From Girardia tigrina (Eukaryota): 64,000 nt of DNA. This document shows, piece after piece, positions 37,001 to 52,000 of this stretch. A program made the translations under genes and the position numbers. Positions within the stretch are counted from its first letter, which is position 1. Each line of letters opens with the position of its first letter. The notes under the pieces were generated by a model. It was not told the origin of the DNA and did not search any database. It worked only from the letters and a program-made list of their open reading frames with translations. The stretch lies in the NCBI GenBank assembly GCA_001938485.1, contig MQRK01238006.1:12139-76138 (forward strand), in the 5' to 3' direction.

Positions 37001-40000
37001 TAAAGCTATTGTAATAGATAAGGAATATTCTATCGAAATCGAAAAAAATCATCAAGTTTGAAGGATTTAGGTTTTAGAATACCATTTAAGATAATATGAA
37101 CTGTTAGGTTTGATATCAAAGTTGAATTCATAACACCAAAATGTTATTAATACAACACAACATATTTTTCAAACAAATGTTCGAGGAACATTTTTTGCAC
37201 AAACCATTTATATATGAAGATAATGAATTATAAAAACGAACACTCAATTTATTATTTCTTTAATTTGTGAATTTATAAAATTAATTATTTATAATTAATT
37301 ATAATAATTATAGTAATTATAATTAATTATTATTTTTTAAATCTTAAACTAAACTTTTTCATTTTCATTTTTATAAAATTTTCATTGGAAAGATATCTTA
37401 AAAACATCTTAAATCAATGTTTTCTTACATTTTATATCCTCATAAAATTTCATTTTAATCAGTTTTCATTTTTGATAATGATGTTACAATAATATAAATA
37501 TCATTTTAAACTTTAATGTAAAATATTTTCAACCGTAAATTTTTCAATGTTTTAATTTATTAAGAAATTTTTTTAATATTTTGAAAATTCCTTTGAGTGA
37601 TTTTAAATACTAAAATTCAAAATTTTACGAGAGCTCCCAAAATTCTAACAATTATGTTAATAATCGTATCTGTTACATTTATGGAAAACTTGTTTTCATA
37701 GAAAAAAATGATGTGATTATATTAGGTTGGGGAAAAAGTAATCCATTATTTTAATCCATTATTTTAATTCATTATTTATCGATCAAACAATTTCAAATTT
37801 ATTATCTTTGTCAAGGTAACATTTCACAATAATTTCACAAAAATTTTTTGCTTTTTTTTATTCAGTTCTGAGTTACAGGGTGTTAAAAATGGAAGTCAAC
37901 AAAGAAAGAATTCGGTACATTTTACAGTTTTTATTCGATAAAGGCGAAAATGCAAGCCAGACGGCTGTTATTGTGAATGGCGTTTATAGTAACAGCTAAT
38001 TACACGCAATTTTGGTTTTGTTGATTCCGTGGAGGCATTTTTGATGTTAAAGATGCACCTCGCACAGGCAGGCCTATCGATGAAAATGTCGATAAAATCT
38101 CGACAATGATCGAAGTTGACCGGCATGTTAGTAGTCGTAGCATCACACTGGAGCTGAAGATCGACCACAAAACGGTTTTAAACCATTTTGGCAAAGCAGG
38201 ATTCAAAAAGAAACTTGATGTTTGGGTTCCACACCAATTAACACCAAAAAACATGATGAATCGAATTTCCATCTGCGAAGCCTTGGCCAAACGAAATGAA
38301 ATCGATCAATTTCTTAAACGGATGGTTACTGGAGATGAGAAATGGGTCACATAAGGTGTGTCCACTAAAAAAGTGCATAAGTTTTAAAACCATCATAACT
38401 TTTTAATTAGACCTTCAAATTGACGGAAATCTGAACAAAGACTAGATCATAATAACACAATAACTATTTTATTATATCAAACTATTAAGGCCATAAGAGT
38501 TAGCAAGCATTATTCTTTGTCTAAAATTTGCAAATAATGTCCTAAAATATAAATTGTAAAACTGCTTTGCTTTAGTTTTGATTCGGCGAATCAACTGGTC
38601 TTCAGAATCGGCAGTCCAACCCTTTTCATACACCTTCTCCTTTAAATGAGCCAAAAACTTTTCAATTGGGAGTATTTAGGGAGCACAAGGTAGATTCGAA
38701 TCTTTTTTGAAAAATGGAATTTCGTTGTCCTCTAAGCACTTCAGACTTGCTTTGGCGTAATGACACGAAACAAGATCTGGCCAGAAAATGAAGTGACCAG
38801 CTGGGTATTTCTCATTCAGATAAGGAAGCAAACGCTTCGTTAAGCACTCGGAGATATAAATATCCGAATTAGAAGCTACAGATTTCCATTTCCTGATGTA
38901 CAGGTTTGAAATGCCTCGTCTGGAAACAAAAGTCTCTTCCTTTTGTCTGACGTCATTTTAACAGGTTTCCTTCCACTTCCTACTTTTCTTTCGATGCTGC
39001 CGGTCTTCTCATAGCGTTGTATTATTGCATATATACCTCTTCTGGAAAACTGAATGCCAGTAAACTTTGTCACAGTCTCACTTTTACTGTGCGTTTTGAA
39101 AAAATTTATTATATCTTCATGTCGTTTTGAAATCATTATAATTGTCTCTAAAATAAAAAATATTAAACCAAAAATTTTAAATACCTGCTTTACTATTTCT
39201 AACCTATTAAAAAAAATATTTAAATTCCAAATTTACGAAATTAAATAATATTACATTAAAAAGTTATGATGGTTTTAAAACTTGTGCACTTTTTAGTGGA
39301 CACACCTTACGATAATTTTGTACGAAAATGATCGTGGTCAAAGCAGGTTAAGCACCTCAAACGGTTGCCAAACCAGGACTAACAGCCAGGAAGGTTCTAC
39401 TATGTATTTGGTGGGACTGGAAAGGAATCATTTATTATGAGTTGCTTCCGTTTGGCCAAACACTAAATTCAGATCTGTACTGTCAACAATTGAACCGTTT
39501 GAAGATAACAGTTGATGAGAAACGACCAAAATTGGCCAATAGAAGAGGTGTTATGTTCCATTACGACAACGCCAAACCACATACGTATGTAGTGACTCGC
39601 CAGAAACTCAGATACCTTGGTTGGGAAGTTTTAATGCATCAACCATATAGTCCGGATCTGGCACCAAGCGATAACCACCTTTTTCTCGCATTACGAAATT
39701 TCGTGAGTTATAAGAAATTGAGATCAATAGAAGATTGTGAAAATCGATTACCACAGTTTTTCGCCAATAAGGATCAAAACTTCTACGAGAGAGGCATTAT
39801 GAAGCTACCTTAAAAATGGCAACTAATTATACAACAAAACGGTGCATATTTGACTCCAAGAGGACAATCCGAAACATGTTAAATAAAGTTTTGAATTTCA
39901 CGCCAAAATTATAGATTTCTTTTTCCCCAACCTAATATAAAATATCATTTTATGGTACCACGTTAAAATGTCGAAAAAAACGTCGAATTGTTAAAACATC

Positions 40001-43000
40001 GAAAAAATTATTTTAATAAAACATTAAATGAAATGTGTTATTAAATCATGCTTAAGTGAATAAATGAATAAGTTAATAAAATTTCTAAATATACTTAAAT
40101 TATTTTTTAGATAACCGAAATGAACTTACTCTATACGAATTTACTGGGTAAGAATCCAGAATTTCCCACAATCATGATACAAAATTTCATCTTTTATTAA
40201 ATTTCCGTTTTATTTTACATTTTCATTTCAATTAAAATAAATTTTCAAAATATTATAATTATAATAACATTTTATTTATTTCATCTTAACCGTTTTAGAT
40301 TACATTTAGATTTCGATAGTTACATTTTGTCTCAAAACAATGATATTGGGTTGGCCAAAAAGTCATTGCGTTTTTGAGTACGTCCTAATAAAAAGCTTGA
40401 AAATATAAAACGATGTGATAAAATTTAAATTCAATTATATATTCTGAAACCTTAGTTTTCAGACTATGTTTATACAAAATATTAATTGATTTTGTTTTAA
40501 TTTATTACTTTACCGTCAATTCGAAATGGCAAATCAAAATGAACGTATTCGTTATGTTTTGTTGCATTATTTTCGCAAAGGGAAAACCGCTGTGCAAGCT
40601 CATAAGAAGATATGTTTTGTATATGGTAGTGACAACTTAAAACTTCGACGGTGTCAATACTAGTTTTCTAAATTTCGTTCTGAAAAATTTCATCTGAAAG
40701 ATGCACCACGCTCCGATCGACCAGTTGAAGTTGATGGAGACAAAATAACAGCACTGATGAAATCTAATCCACATATGACGACAAGAGAAGTTGCAGAGAC
40801 TCTGAAAATATCAAAGCTCAAGTGTTGGAAGTCATTTAAAGTAACTTGGATTCGTCAGTAAACTCGATATGTGGTTACCTCATGAACTGAAAGAAATTCA
40901 TTTAGTGAAACGTATAGACATTTGTGATTCCCTTTTGAAGCGAGAACAAAGTGATCCATTTTTGAAGCGCTTGATTACGGGTGACAAAAAATGGAGTGTT
41001 TACAACAATTTGGAACGCAGACGATCATGGACTAAAAGGTGGTGAACCTGCCAAAACGATCCAAAAAGTAGAAATTCACCAAAAGAAGGTTATGTTTTCC
41101 GTCTGGTGAGATTTTAAAGGAATTGTGTTTTTTGAACTCCTTCCAAGGAATGAAACCATCAATTCAGACAGATATTGTGGTCAGCTGGAGAAATTAGCTC
41201 ATTCAATTCAACAGGAACGTCCTGAATTGGCAAATCGAAAAGGAGTTGTAATTCAGCATGATAACGCAAGACCGCATACAGGTTTGACCACTCGCCAGAA
41301 ACTCTTATCACTGGGTTAGGAGGTTTTGCCGCACCCACCGTATTCTCCAGACAAAGGCAAAGGTTTTTTATGAATCAGGAATAATGAAGCTACCGGAAAG
41401 GTGGAAGAAAGTGATTGAAAATAATGGACAGTATATCGTGTAAAAATATTTGTGCATCCATGTCATTTTTTGATAATAAATATTTTAGTAAAAAACGCAA
41501 TGACGTTTTGGCCAACCCAATATTTTAATTTTAAAATTTATGAAATCATATGATATTTCATTTTTTTTATATTTATGTTGATGTATCTATGTGATAGATA
41601 TATTTTCGATTAAAAAGAAAATAAAACGTGATATTATTTTAAAAATATATATTTTTTATTCACAGTTTATAATTACAATTTTACAAAGAAAATTAAAAGC
41701 CTAAACCTTACTTTATGAATTTATATTTTGAATAGTTAGAGAAGTAGATTCTACTTACCCTAAGTGATTTTAGGTAAATAAAAATATAAAAAATATATAC
41801 ATTTGGTAATTTGAATCAAACACTTAAAAATTCCTTATGTTGACGAATGGTGAAACCATTAGTAGAAAAGAGAAATATGTGGTTTTTAACGAAAAATTAA
41901 TAGCTTTTTTAAAACCACGTTAAAACGTCGAAAAAAACGTTATAAATCCAGAAACATATATTTTGGAATTGGCTTGTTTTATTTATTATTAATAAATCAT
42001 TTTCGACGTTTTTATTTTTGACGTTCTTTTATGTTTTTTTTCTATGTTTTATTTCTTGACGTTTTATTTTTCGACGTTTTAACGTGCCACGCATTTTATA
42101 TATGTTTATTCTTACGATTTGTGTTCGTAATCGTACTTGAGAAACAAATTGTATTTTTGAAATGCAGATCTATAGGATAAGGCAATGTTTCCCAACCTTT
42201 TCAGGTGGCGGCACCCCTATGTGCAATTTTAAAATTTCGAGGCACCCACCCACACCCTCCCAAAAAATTGTGGATTGTTTTTATTAAAAACGAACATATT
42301 AATCACATACCATATTTTTATTGCAAAATACTTATATATATATATATATATATACTAGCGCGCTCGGCGCGCTTCACGGCCCTCTCTTGCCGGGGGTTCA
42401 ATTTTTTTATATTATAAAAGCCTAAGTAACTCACTGCCTGCCTCACTGCCTCACTAACGCTGTAAGGTAAATTTTTGAAATGATTTTATAATCAATAAAG
42501 AAATGATTGTATATTAATAAATAAATATATATAAGTTATATANNNNNNNNNNNNNNNNNNNNNNNNNNNNNNNNNNNNNNNNNNNNNNNNNNNNNNNNNN
42601 NNNNNNNNNNNNNNNNNNNNNNNNNNNNNNNNNNNNNNNNNNNNNNNNNNNNNNNNNNNNNNNNNNNNNNNNNNNNNNNNNNNNNNNNNNNNNNNNNNNN
42701 NNNNNNNNNNNNNNNNNNNNNNNNNNNNNNNNNNNNNNNNNNNNNNNNNNNNNNNNNNNNNNNNNNNNNNNNNNNNNNNNNNNNNNNNNNNNNNNNNNNN
42801 NNNNNNNNNNNNNNNNNNNNNNNNNNNNNNNNNNNNNNNNNNNNNNNNNNNNNNNNNNNNNNNNNNNNNNNNNNNNNNNNNNNNNNNNNNNNNNNNNNNN
42901 NNNNNNNNNNNNNNNNNNNNNNNNNNNNNNNNNNNNNNNNNNNNNNNNNNNNNNNNNNNNNNNNNNNNNNNNNNNNNNNNNNNNNNNNNNNNNNNNNNNN

Positions 43001-46000
43001 NNNNNNNNNNATTATAAGATTTAAATTTAATTTGATGATTTTTTATTCCACAAAAATTCTTCTAGCGTATTTTATCACTTTAATAAATAATTTCAAATGA
43101 CCTTTAATTTTCGAATATACAAAAATTATTATTTCAACTAATTTGTTTCTTAAAAAATTTGTGGGTTTGATTACATAATATGAGCGTTAGTGAAGCAGTG
43201 AGTGACATGGGCTTTTATAATATAAATATTTGACTTTATAAATTTTTTAAAAGTAATTACAAAAAATTGTATTGAAATTTATTAGAGTTATAAAGAGGCC
43301 AACCGAAAAAGTTGCAGAAATTGCAACTTTTTGCCACCCGGTTGCCCTAGTTATAAAGGTTGATTGAAATTGTAAACGTTTGAATATCAGCGAAGTGAAA
43401 ATGGTAAATGAAAATTTGTTTGAAATGTCATCAATAAGTATGTATATTATTGTTTTTTAAAAAACTTTTATTATGGATGTCGATATAAGTATAACTAAAA
43501 GTCGCAGTCGTGATATACACTATGCTTCTACTTTCCAATGCACTGGACATTCTTATGACATTTGCATATCAGGGATTTACTGAGTGTTATTATTTAGCAA
43601 TGAATTGAAAGTAAAAGTAATTTAAATATTTTTTCTATATTTATAGATATTTTTTGTACAATTTCACTTTTTCATTTATTTTATATATATTATATATTAT
43701 AATATTTTTGTGTAATACCTATTTTATTATTATAATTTCTTACATCTCACGAGCTTTCGGCACCCTTTTCAGACGCTCGCGGCACCCAGGTTGGGAATCA
43801 CTGGGATAAAGTATAGTTCTATATAATAAAGTCTTATTTAAATTATGAACGATAGTGGGAGGAATTTTTGAAATGTTTGATGTTTTGTTTGAATGTTGTG
43901 TGTTGAATTAGGTTTGTCTCTCCTACCCAGATGTCTGATTAATATTAATATTAATAAAAAAATTAATCAAATTAATGCTTTTTGTAGTGCCCTACTTACT
44001 GACACTGTGTGATTATTTTATTTTGTATGTTCTTTGATTTTTGTGTTTGTTTTAGAGTGTTTTTGGTAACTCGTTCGTGTGTGATGTGTGTGTTTTCTTT
44101 GTTGATTGTTATTTTTGTACCAGTAGAGTTACTTCATCAGTACTGTGAAAGTGAAACATCATTTCATTTCTATGAATCATGGAAGTTTCATTGTTAGAAA
44201 ATCCGAGTTCCCTTGACAGTCAACAAAATGCAGAGTGTTGTTTGTATGATTGATGAAAAGAAATCCGGAATTATTTCCTACAGTAAACTGTATCGAAAGT
44301 TACGAAGGTATCAGAAAGTAATCAGAGAAAAAGAATCAGTTAAAAGATTAACGAAAGACCAAAATCAAGAAAAAATTCTTATTAAATCTCAAATAATATA
44401 TATAAACATATATATATCGTAAGGATCATATAATATAATAGAGGTCGTCAAAAAATTCAATAAATAATTAATTACAAATACTAACTTACCGACGATTAAT
44501 ATGACTACAAATTTTGGACTAATGTTCTGTTGTGAAGTATGTATTCTTTAGTTTTTTTTACTGAATTAAAAGTTTTCGTGTTATTTTCTTTTGAATTAAT
44601 CATTTAGTTTAGTTTTATCGACTACTTTTGTATTTTAGTAAAAATAGTGTTTTGTCATCACTCGCAAAACATTATTTTTACACTTTTGATGCTTTTAATG
44701 ATCTGCCTTTTTTACGTTTTTCACCAATTGAAACATCTTTTGCAGCATGCGGTGGTTCAACATATTTTAATCTTATTGATAATCCAATTAAATGTATGAT
44801 CATGTACAGGGTGCGGCAGCTATTTGAGAACAAAATGACATAAAGTTCAAAAAATGAATATACAACAGAAAAATAACATTTATTACAATTTAAAATTTTA
44901 CATATATTAACACGTACNNNNNNNNNNNNNNNNNNNNNNNNNNNNNNNNNNNNNNNNNNNNNNNNNNNNNNNNNNNNNNNNNNNNNNNNNNNNNNNNNNN
45001 NNNNNNNNNNNNNNNNNNNNNNNNNNNNNNNNNNNNNNNNNNNNNNNNNNNNNNNNNNNNNNNNNNNNNNNNNNNNNNNNNNNNNNNNNNNNNNNNNNNN
45101 NNNNNNNNNNNNNNNNNNNNNNNNNNNNNNNNNNNNNNNNNNNNNNNNNNNNNNNNNNNNNNNNNNNNNNNNNNNNNNNNNNNNNNNNNNNNNNNNNNNN
45201 NNNNNNNNNNNNNNNNNNNNNNNNNNNNNNNNNNNNNNNNNNNNNNNNNNNNNNNNNNNNNNNNNNNNNNNNNNNNNNNNNNNNNNNNNNNNNNNNNNNN
45301 NNNNNNNNNNNNNNNNNNNNNNNNNNNNNNNNNNNNNNNNNNNNNNNNNNNNNNNNNNNNNNNNNNNNNNNNNNNNNNNNNNNNNNNNNNNNNNNNNNNN
45401 NNNNNNNNNNNNNNNNNNNNNNNNNNNNNNNNNNNNNNNNNNNNNNNNNNNNNNNNNNNNNNNNNNNNNNNNNNNNNNNNNNNNNNNNNNNNNNNNNNNN
45501 NNNNNNNNNNNNNNNNNNNNNNNNNNNNNNNNNNNNNNNNNNNNNNNNNNNNNNNNNNNNNNNNNNNNNNNNNNNNNNNNNNNNNNNNNNNNNNNNNNNN
45601 NNNNNNNNNNNNNNNNNNNNNNNNNNNNNNNNNNNNNNNNNNNNNNNNNNNNNNNNNNNNNNNNNNNNNNNNNNNNNNNNNNNNNNNNNNNNNNNNNNNN
45701 NNNNNNNNNNNNNNNNNNNNNNNNNNNNNNNNNNNNNNNNNNNNNNNNNNNNNNNNNNNNNNNNNNNNNNNNNNNNNNNNNNNNNNNNNNNNNNNNNNNN
45801 NNNNNNNNNNNNNNNNNNNNNNNNNNNNNNNNNNNNNNNNNNNNNNNNNNNNNNNNNNNNNNNNNNNNNNNNNNNNNNNNCGTAAGAGTAGCTTCTGCCA
45901 TGTCTACCAGCAAAAATAAAATTATGTAATTATAACACACAAAAAGATATGGTGTCTATATTACGTGTTCTCAAATAGCTGCCGCACCCTGTATTGCTTG

Positions 46001-49000
46001 AGAAAACTTGGACAAGTATATGCTCCATCAATCCATTTGGCTAACATATCATCACTGTATGGTAGAGTAACAATCAAGAAGATAAAAGTTCTCTTCTTAA
46101 ATTGGTCAAATGTATTCAATCGTATTTCTTTGATATTTTGTATTTGTTCTTCATTTGAGTTGGTTTCGTAACCTGCAGGACAATAATATTCAGTTGAATT
46201 TTTAAGTATTGTTGAAATAACTTTTTTATTGCTTTTTGCCCTTTGATAACCTTTAGTTCATTTTTAGAGTTCAATAGTTTATTTTTCTTTAAATTGTTTA
46301 TCATTTTTTGCGTATTGTTTTGACCATTTTGACACTGTGTCCAAACATTGTTCCAAAAACCCAGATAATGGCATTCTTTCTCTGAATGTTTCTTCTTTTT
46401 TATAACCAGATTGTGAGATTCTAACGCATTGTTTCAGATGGTGTGTTATGAGCGGCTCCTTCGTATCAGTTTTGATGCGTTGATAAATACCACATTGGCT
46501 TCATGTATTCGATAAATACATTTTGTTCTTTGGTAAGCCACTTTTTGATAAACAAATCTTTTGCTTTCTCAAACACGTTTTTGCTGCATACCAATTAAAG
46601 TGTATTGATATCTTGCATAATGTCTTTATGAAATTCATCATTGACTAAATGAATATTCTTCACCACATTGCGACGCATATGAACCCAGCACATGATTAGC
46701 AACACATTTTCACCAAAAATTTCTTTGAAAGCATTACGACTTGCATCGGAACCATCAGATATTATTGTTTCTACTTTAATTTTTTCAAAAATTTTCTCAG
46801 TTGATTCTACCAACGCTTGGAAAATAAATGCAAAGTCTGGTTTCGCTTCATTTGTGTAGATGCTGATACCATAAAGATGAAAATGCCGATCTAAATCAGT
46901 TGTACCACTTATCAAAACTGGTATGTTTTCCCAAATCAATTTACTACAAAAAATATTATTACAGATTCGGTGAAACAATTTTATTATCAATCAAATCAAT
47001 TATATTACTAATCAAATCAGTAAAATACATATTGACATATTTTATTACAGATCAGTTATTTTATATACTGATCAATCGTGAATTAATCAATATATACTGA
47101 TCAATTAAATAAAATACCTTTAATTTATTTAAATTACTGATTTTTTAAAGAAAAAAATACTGATCAATTAAAAACAAGCCAATATTTTTCAAGATTTTTC
47201 AGGTCCCAAATTAGTTTAGATAATCAAATAAAAATTATTAATTGATTGTGTAATGCACACATTTCTTTGAAAGCATTACGACTTGCATCGGGGACAGACA
47301 ATTTGTAATAATAGCAAGTGTTGAAAATCATATTGGTGTTCTTATTGTCAGTAAGCAATATTATAAATCATTGTTTGATATTCAAAATGAGAAAAGAAAG
47401 GCAATTTGAGTCAATTATTTTATAGCAAGTCGAATTGTATTTAGATCAGCTTAAACTGATTGAAGTTATTGAAACTCGACTCAATTCAATCACTCCAAAT
47501 TGATTTTTTTTATTTTTATTCAATCCCTTGATTTATGACTACGAGGTAAGGCTAAAAAGTCGTTAGACTCAAATAGAAATTCGAATGAAAGTTAAACCAA
47601 ATTTTATATTTAAAGGAATCATGACATGTAGGATATTTAAATAGGTTTTGTTTAATTGTTATAGATTGTGTTAATTTGAAAACATGTATGGTACACTTTA
47701 ATTTCTTTGTGTAATTAGTTTTTTACAGTTGAGAAATAGTAATAAAGAAAATAATACTGAATGTGGCAAAATAACAGAATCTTCAGCTGAACAAAATGAG
47801 AATCAGGCGAAAATAGAGGACGGATAACAATAGCATTTGAAAACAATCTGTCTCTTATGGAGATTGGAGTCAGTTTAATGAAGAAAATGGTAACTAAAAG
47901 AAAATTGTGACAGTTGGTTTTGTCTGAGAAAATGTGTCATGTTGAGCATTCTTTGGATGCCAAATGTGTCTGAAGGTTGATTTCACAGAAGTAATCATCA
48001 ATGTCAATCTGGATAATCAAAGCTTCACCAACACTGATCAGATTTCACCCATATTCATAAAATTATATAAAGTCATTTATGTTTTACAATAATTGTAATT
48101 TTTACTTTTAATTTAAATTTATTTTTTGTAGTAATCTGCAAGTAAATCTTATTTTTTTAAATATTCTAAATATGTAAATCACTATTTATAATTAAACATT
48201 ATTATTGTTACTATGAAATATTATTGACCAAACGAAATAAATAAATTGCAAAGTTATTATTTTTCATGTAGAATCAAATGATGAAATACGTTCATTATAA
48301 ATAATTATTAAAAATTAATATTTTTTAAATTAATAAATTAATATTATAAATTAATAAATAATAAAGATTTTATCAATACAAAATCAAAATAATAAAATCA
48401 AAAAGTCGATTTTCTCTGTAGTTGCAAGTTTTTATTTACCTGTTTTCCTCAGACATAAATAAAAAATTAATATGGATCAAATCCTTATTATATTGTAATA
48501 AAAATTGTCCCTTCGGTCGTATTCATTTTCCTTTGTAAGAGTAAAATAAGAAGTATCATGAGTCGAAGTAAAACTTTTGTAAAAGCAAAATAAATAGAAG
48601 TGATATTTTCTTTTTAAATATTTCTTAACATTATTACACGGACATTAAATATACAATAAAAACTAGAGGTGCCGGTTCTGGAATCTGGTAATATTTTCGG
48701 GATTAAGGTGAAATTTGATTTTTTTAAAATTTGTAAAATTATTTTAGAAAAGCGAATTTCTAATTACCATCGCTGGAGTAGGCCAAATGTACAGTCGATA
48801 TTAAGACAAAATTTTATTAATTTAGTTTTAAGAAACTTCTGATATAAATAAATAAGGATGTAATTTTTCACCCCATTCATTTCAATGGAGAATTTACAGA
48901 CCAATTTACCGACTAAGACTTACCAATTTAGGTTCATTCGATTAAACAGGTAACTCAAGAGTTATTAAAATTGTCGATCATAAAAATATAGCATTAAAAT

Positions 49001-52000
49001 TAAAGAATGGGCTGTTTCTCTTATCGGAAATTAAAACTAGATCAAAACTCTTCGATCGCAATGATTAAACGATTTCTTCTAGGGAAGAACTCTATCAAAA
49101 AAACTTTAATTTCTTTGAATTTCGTAATTCTTTTTTAGTGAATCAAGAAAACAGGTACTTGAAGGAACCGACATTATAAAAGAATTTTAAAGGAAGCTGC
49201 AGTTCAATTCTCATTAGATAAATTAGCAAAGCAAAAATCAACGTTCGCAAGTCATTTTTCTACTAAATTGCCGATTAAAATATTATTATAATTGTGAGGA
49301 ATATTTTCGAATGGTGTTTATTGTATGTTGTGTTTGGTATGTTGTTTTTAGGATTTTGTTTCTCCCACCCAAATGAAAGACTGATATTTTGGATGTTTTG
49401 AACCGTCGGATTATTCAGATGATTCGGAAATGTAAATAACAACTTTAAATTAAATTAATATATTTTGATCAATAAATATATAATAATATTTTAATGAAAA
49501 TTTGAAAGTGATTTAAAATATTTTAATAGTGGTTTATAACATAGAGATTTATTTAATTATAAATACTTAGACTGTCCCAAAAATCCTCAGATGGCCTTTA
49601 AAAATACACTAATATTTTACCAAATTTGGACTGAATATTCAGACTGCCATAAATACTGTGTTAAAATTTCAAAGCATAAAATTTGAAACTTACCAAAAAA
49701 ATAATATTATTAACCAACAAAAAAATTGATGCAGTGAATTTAAAAATTTATTTAAAAAAAATAATTAAAAAATTTCTTAAGCAACAACATATTCACCATT
49801 GTTGTCAATAACCAACTGACAATAGTTAAAAAGTTTATCTAGTTGATTTTTTAATGTTTCTGTTGATAAAAAATTAAAAAAGAATTTACAAGCTTCTTCA
49901 ATTTCTTCATGTGATTTGAAAAGATGATTTTTTAAACTTTTCTTCATTTTTGAAAGCAAGAGTCTGTCACACAGATAAAAATCTGGACTATAAGGCGATT
50001 GATATTTTTTTTCAATTTTTCTTCTGTCAAAAAAAGAGTTGTTTCTTTGCTAGAATGAGGTCTTGCATTATCATGCCACCACTTAAGTTCCTTTAGCTTG
50101 ATGCTGTTAGATCTAAGTTTCCGCCATTTTTCACCGGTGTCATGAACAAAGTTCACATACGCCTCGGAATCAATCTTGGTACCATATGGCAGTGCTTTTA
50201 CATTAAAACGTTAGTTGCAGGTAAAGGTTACGAAAACAAGAGATTTTTTATCAGTCATTGGCGATGGCTTTATCACTTTTGGTGGAACAGCATTAGAAGG
50301 AATCCAAACTTCGTGATCTTCTTTCTTTTCTCTACCTTGAAAAAAACCCATGTCTCATCCACGATCGCTATGTTGGAATATGCTTCATCATCCATCTGTG
50401 AAATTACATGGCGTATATGCTTTGCAGTGTTAATGCGTTGTTGTTTATTAGCAGAAGAAAGTTCGTGAGGAACCCAAACAGAGCAAACTTTTTTGTAATG
50501 AAGTTTTTCAAGCAAAATTTTGTGGACTGTATTTTTGCCTAAAGAAAGTTCATTTTCAATATAACGCAAAGACGCATTTGGAGCTTCATCAATCACTTAT
50601 TTGACTGCTTTAATCTGTTCATCGTCTATTAATAACGGCCTGCTACTTCTTGATGAATCGTCGAAGGACGTCCGCTTTTTTTTTTAAATCAGTCAACCAT
50701 TGTTGAATAGTTTTCAGTGCTGGATGATTTGCGTCTTCAATGCCTGCTGAAGTTGCTGAAGAATTTCTGAAGCAGAGAATCCTCTTTTCCTTTGAGTTAG
50801 AACAAAAAAACGTTGCTTACATTTATTTGGTCCCATTGTTAAAAACCGCTTGATTTTAATTGGCTGCACTTTTAAAATTTCAATACTTTAATAAAACAAA
50901 ATTTTACTTTTTTTAATTTTATGCTTTGAAATTTTAACACAGTATTTATGACAGTCTGAATAATATTCAGACGAAAGTTTCATATACGAAAGTTTTGTGA
51001 ACAATTGACCTCGAGTAATGATGTTAATAAAAATACTGGAAATTAAACTAGTGTTCTTAAAATTAATATTAAAAATTAAAATTTTAACCACTTAACACCG
51101 TACAATTACTAGCAATGTCCCAATTCTCGATTGGTCTTTAAGTTGAAAAATAAATGACTGTTAAGTGGTTAAAAACAATTTAATAATTTACGTATAACAC
51201 TACAAATTTTTAAATACGTATTTTTTATAAGTTTTTTTAACTCTAAGTATGACAATGACATTTGAAATTTTGAATTTTTCAGAGCAACAAGATTATTAGG
51301 GCTTGTTCGCATATTACGTAACGCAAAATGGGGAGAGGGGTCAAAGATTTTGTTACTTTTTGTTACATGGGTGAGATTTTGTTACATAACATTTAATTCA
51401 TATTCATGGCACTTGGAGGACTTTTAGATAAGTGTCAAATTTAGGATGGCTACACTTTATATTTTTCTGTCAATTCAATACCAAATAAAAAGTCCCCTAA
51501 TTTAAAGTTATTCGAAAATCTTTTGAAATTAATTCTCCAACTATATATAAAATTGTAAGCCTGTAGTAATTTTATTGGTTGATGGTGGTCCCGGTGAGAA
51601 TCCAAGATACCAAAAAACTATTGAAATTGGAATCCATCATTTTATAAAACGAAATTTAGATGCCTTGTTTATAGCAACAAAAGCACCTCATAGATCTGCC
51701 TTTAATCCTGTAGAGAGACGCATGGCACCTCTGTCAAGACAATTATCTGGTTTGGTTTTACCTTTTGATCATTTTGGATCTCATTTAGATAATCGTGGCA
51801 GAATAACAGATTTAGCTTTGGAATATGAAAATTTTAGGTTTGCAGGTGAGATTTTAAGTGAAGTTTTTGGAAAAGTTGTTATTGACGGATTTGACACCTT
51901 TGCTGAATTTATTGAGGAAGAATATTCAGAGATCAAAAGGTCAAACATTATTCAAAAATCTCAAGGTTGGATTTATAATCATCTTAGGTCTACTCAGTAC

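Larger units (their letters stand above)
42183..43803. mobile_element. hAT (Buster/Charlie-like) MITE containing Helitron-like insertions
   Basis: TIRs caatgtttcccaacct / aggttgggaatcactg; 8-bp TSD GGATAAGG/GGATAAAG with central TA; subterminal ggcaccc repeats. Confidence 0.85.

Noticed and set aside
44678-45940. 420-aa ORF
   Set aside because: Artefact of reading through an N gap; it joins a TIR element to the MULE C-terminus
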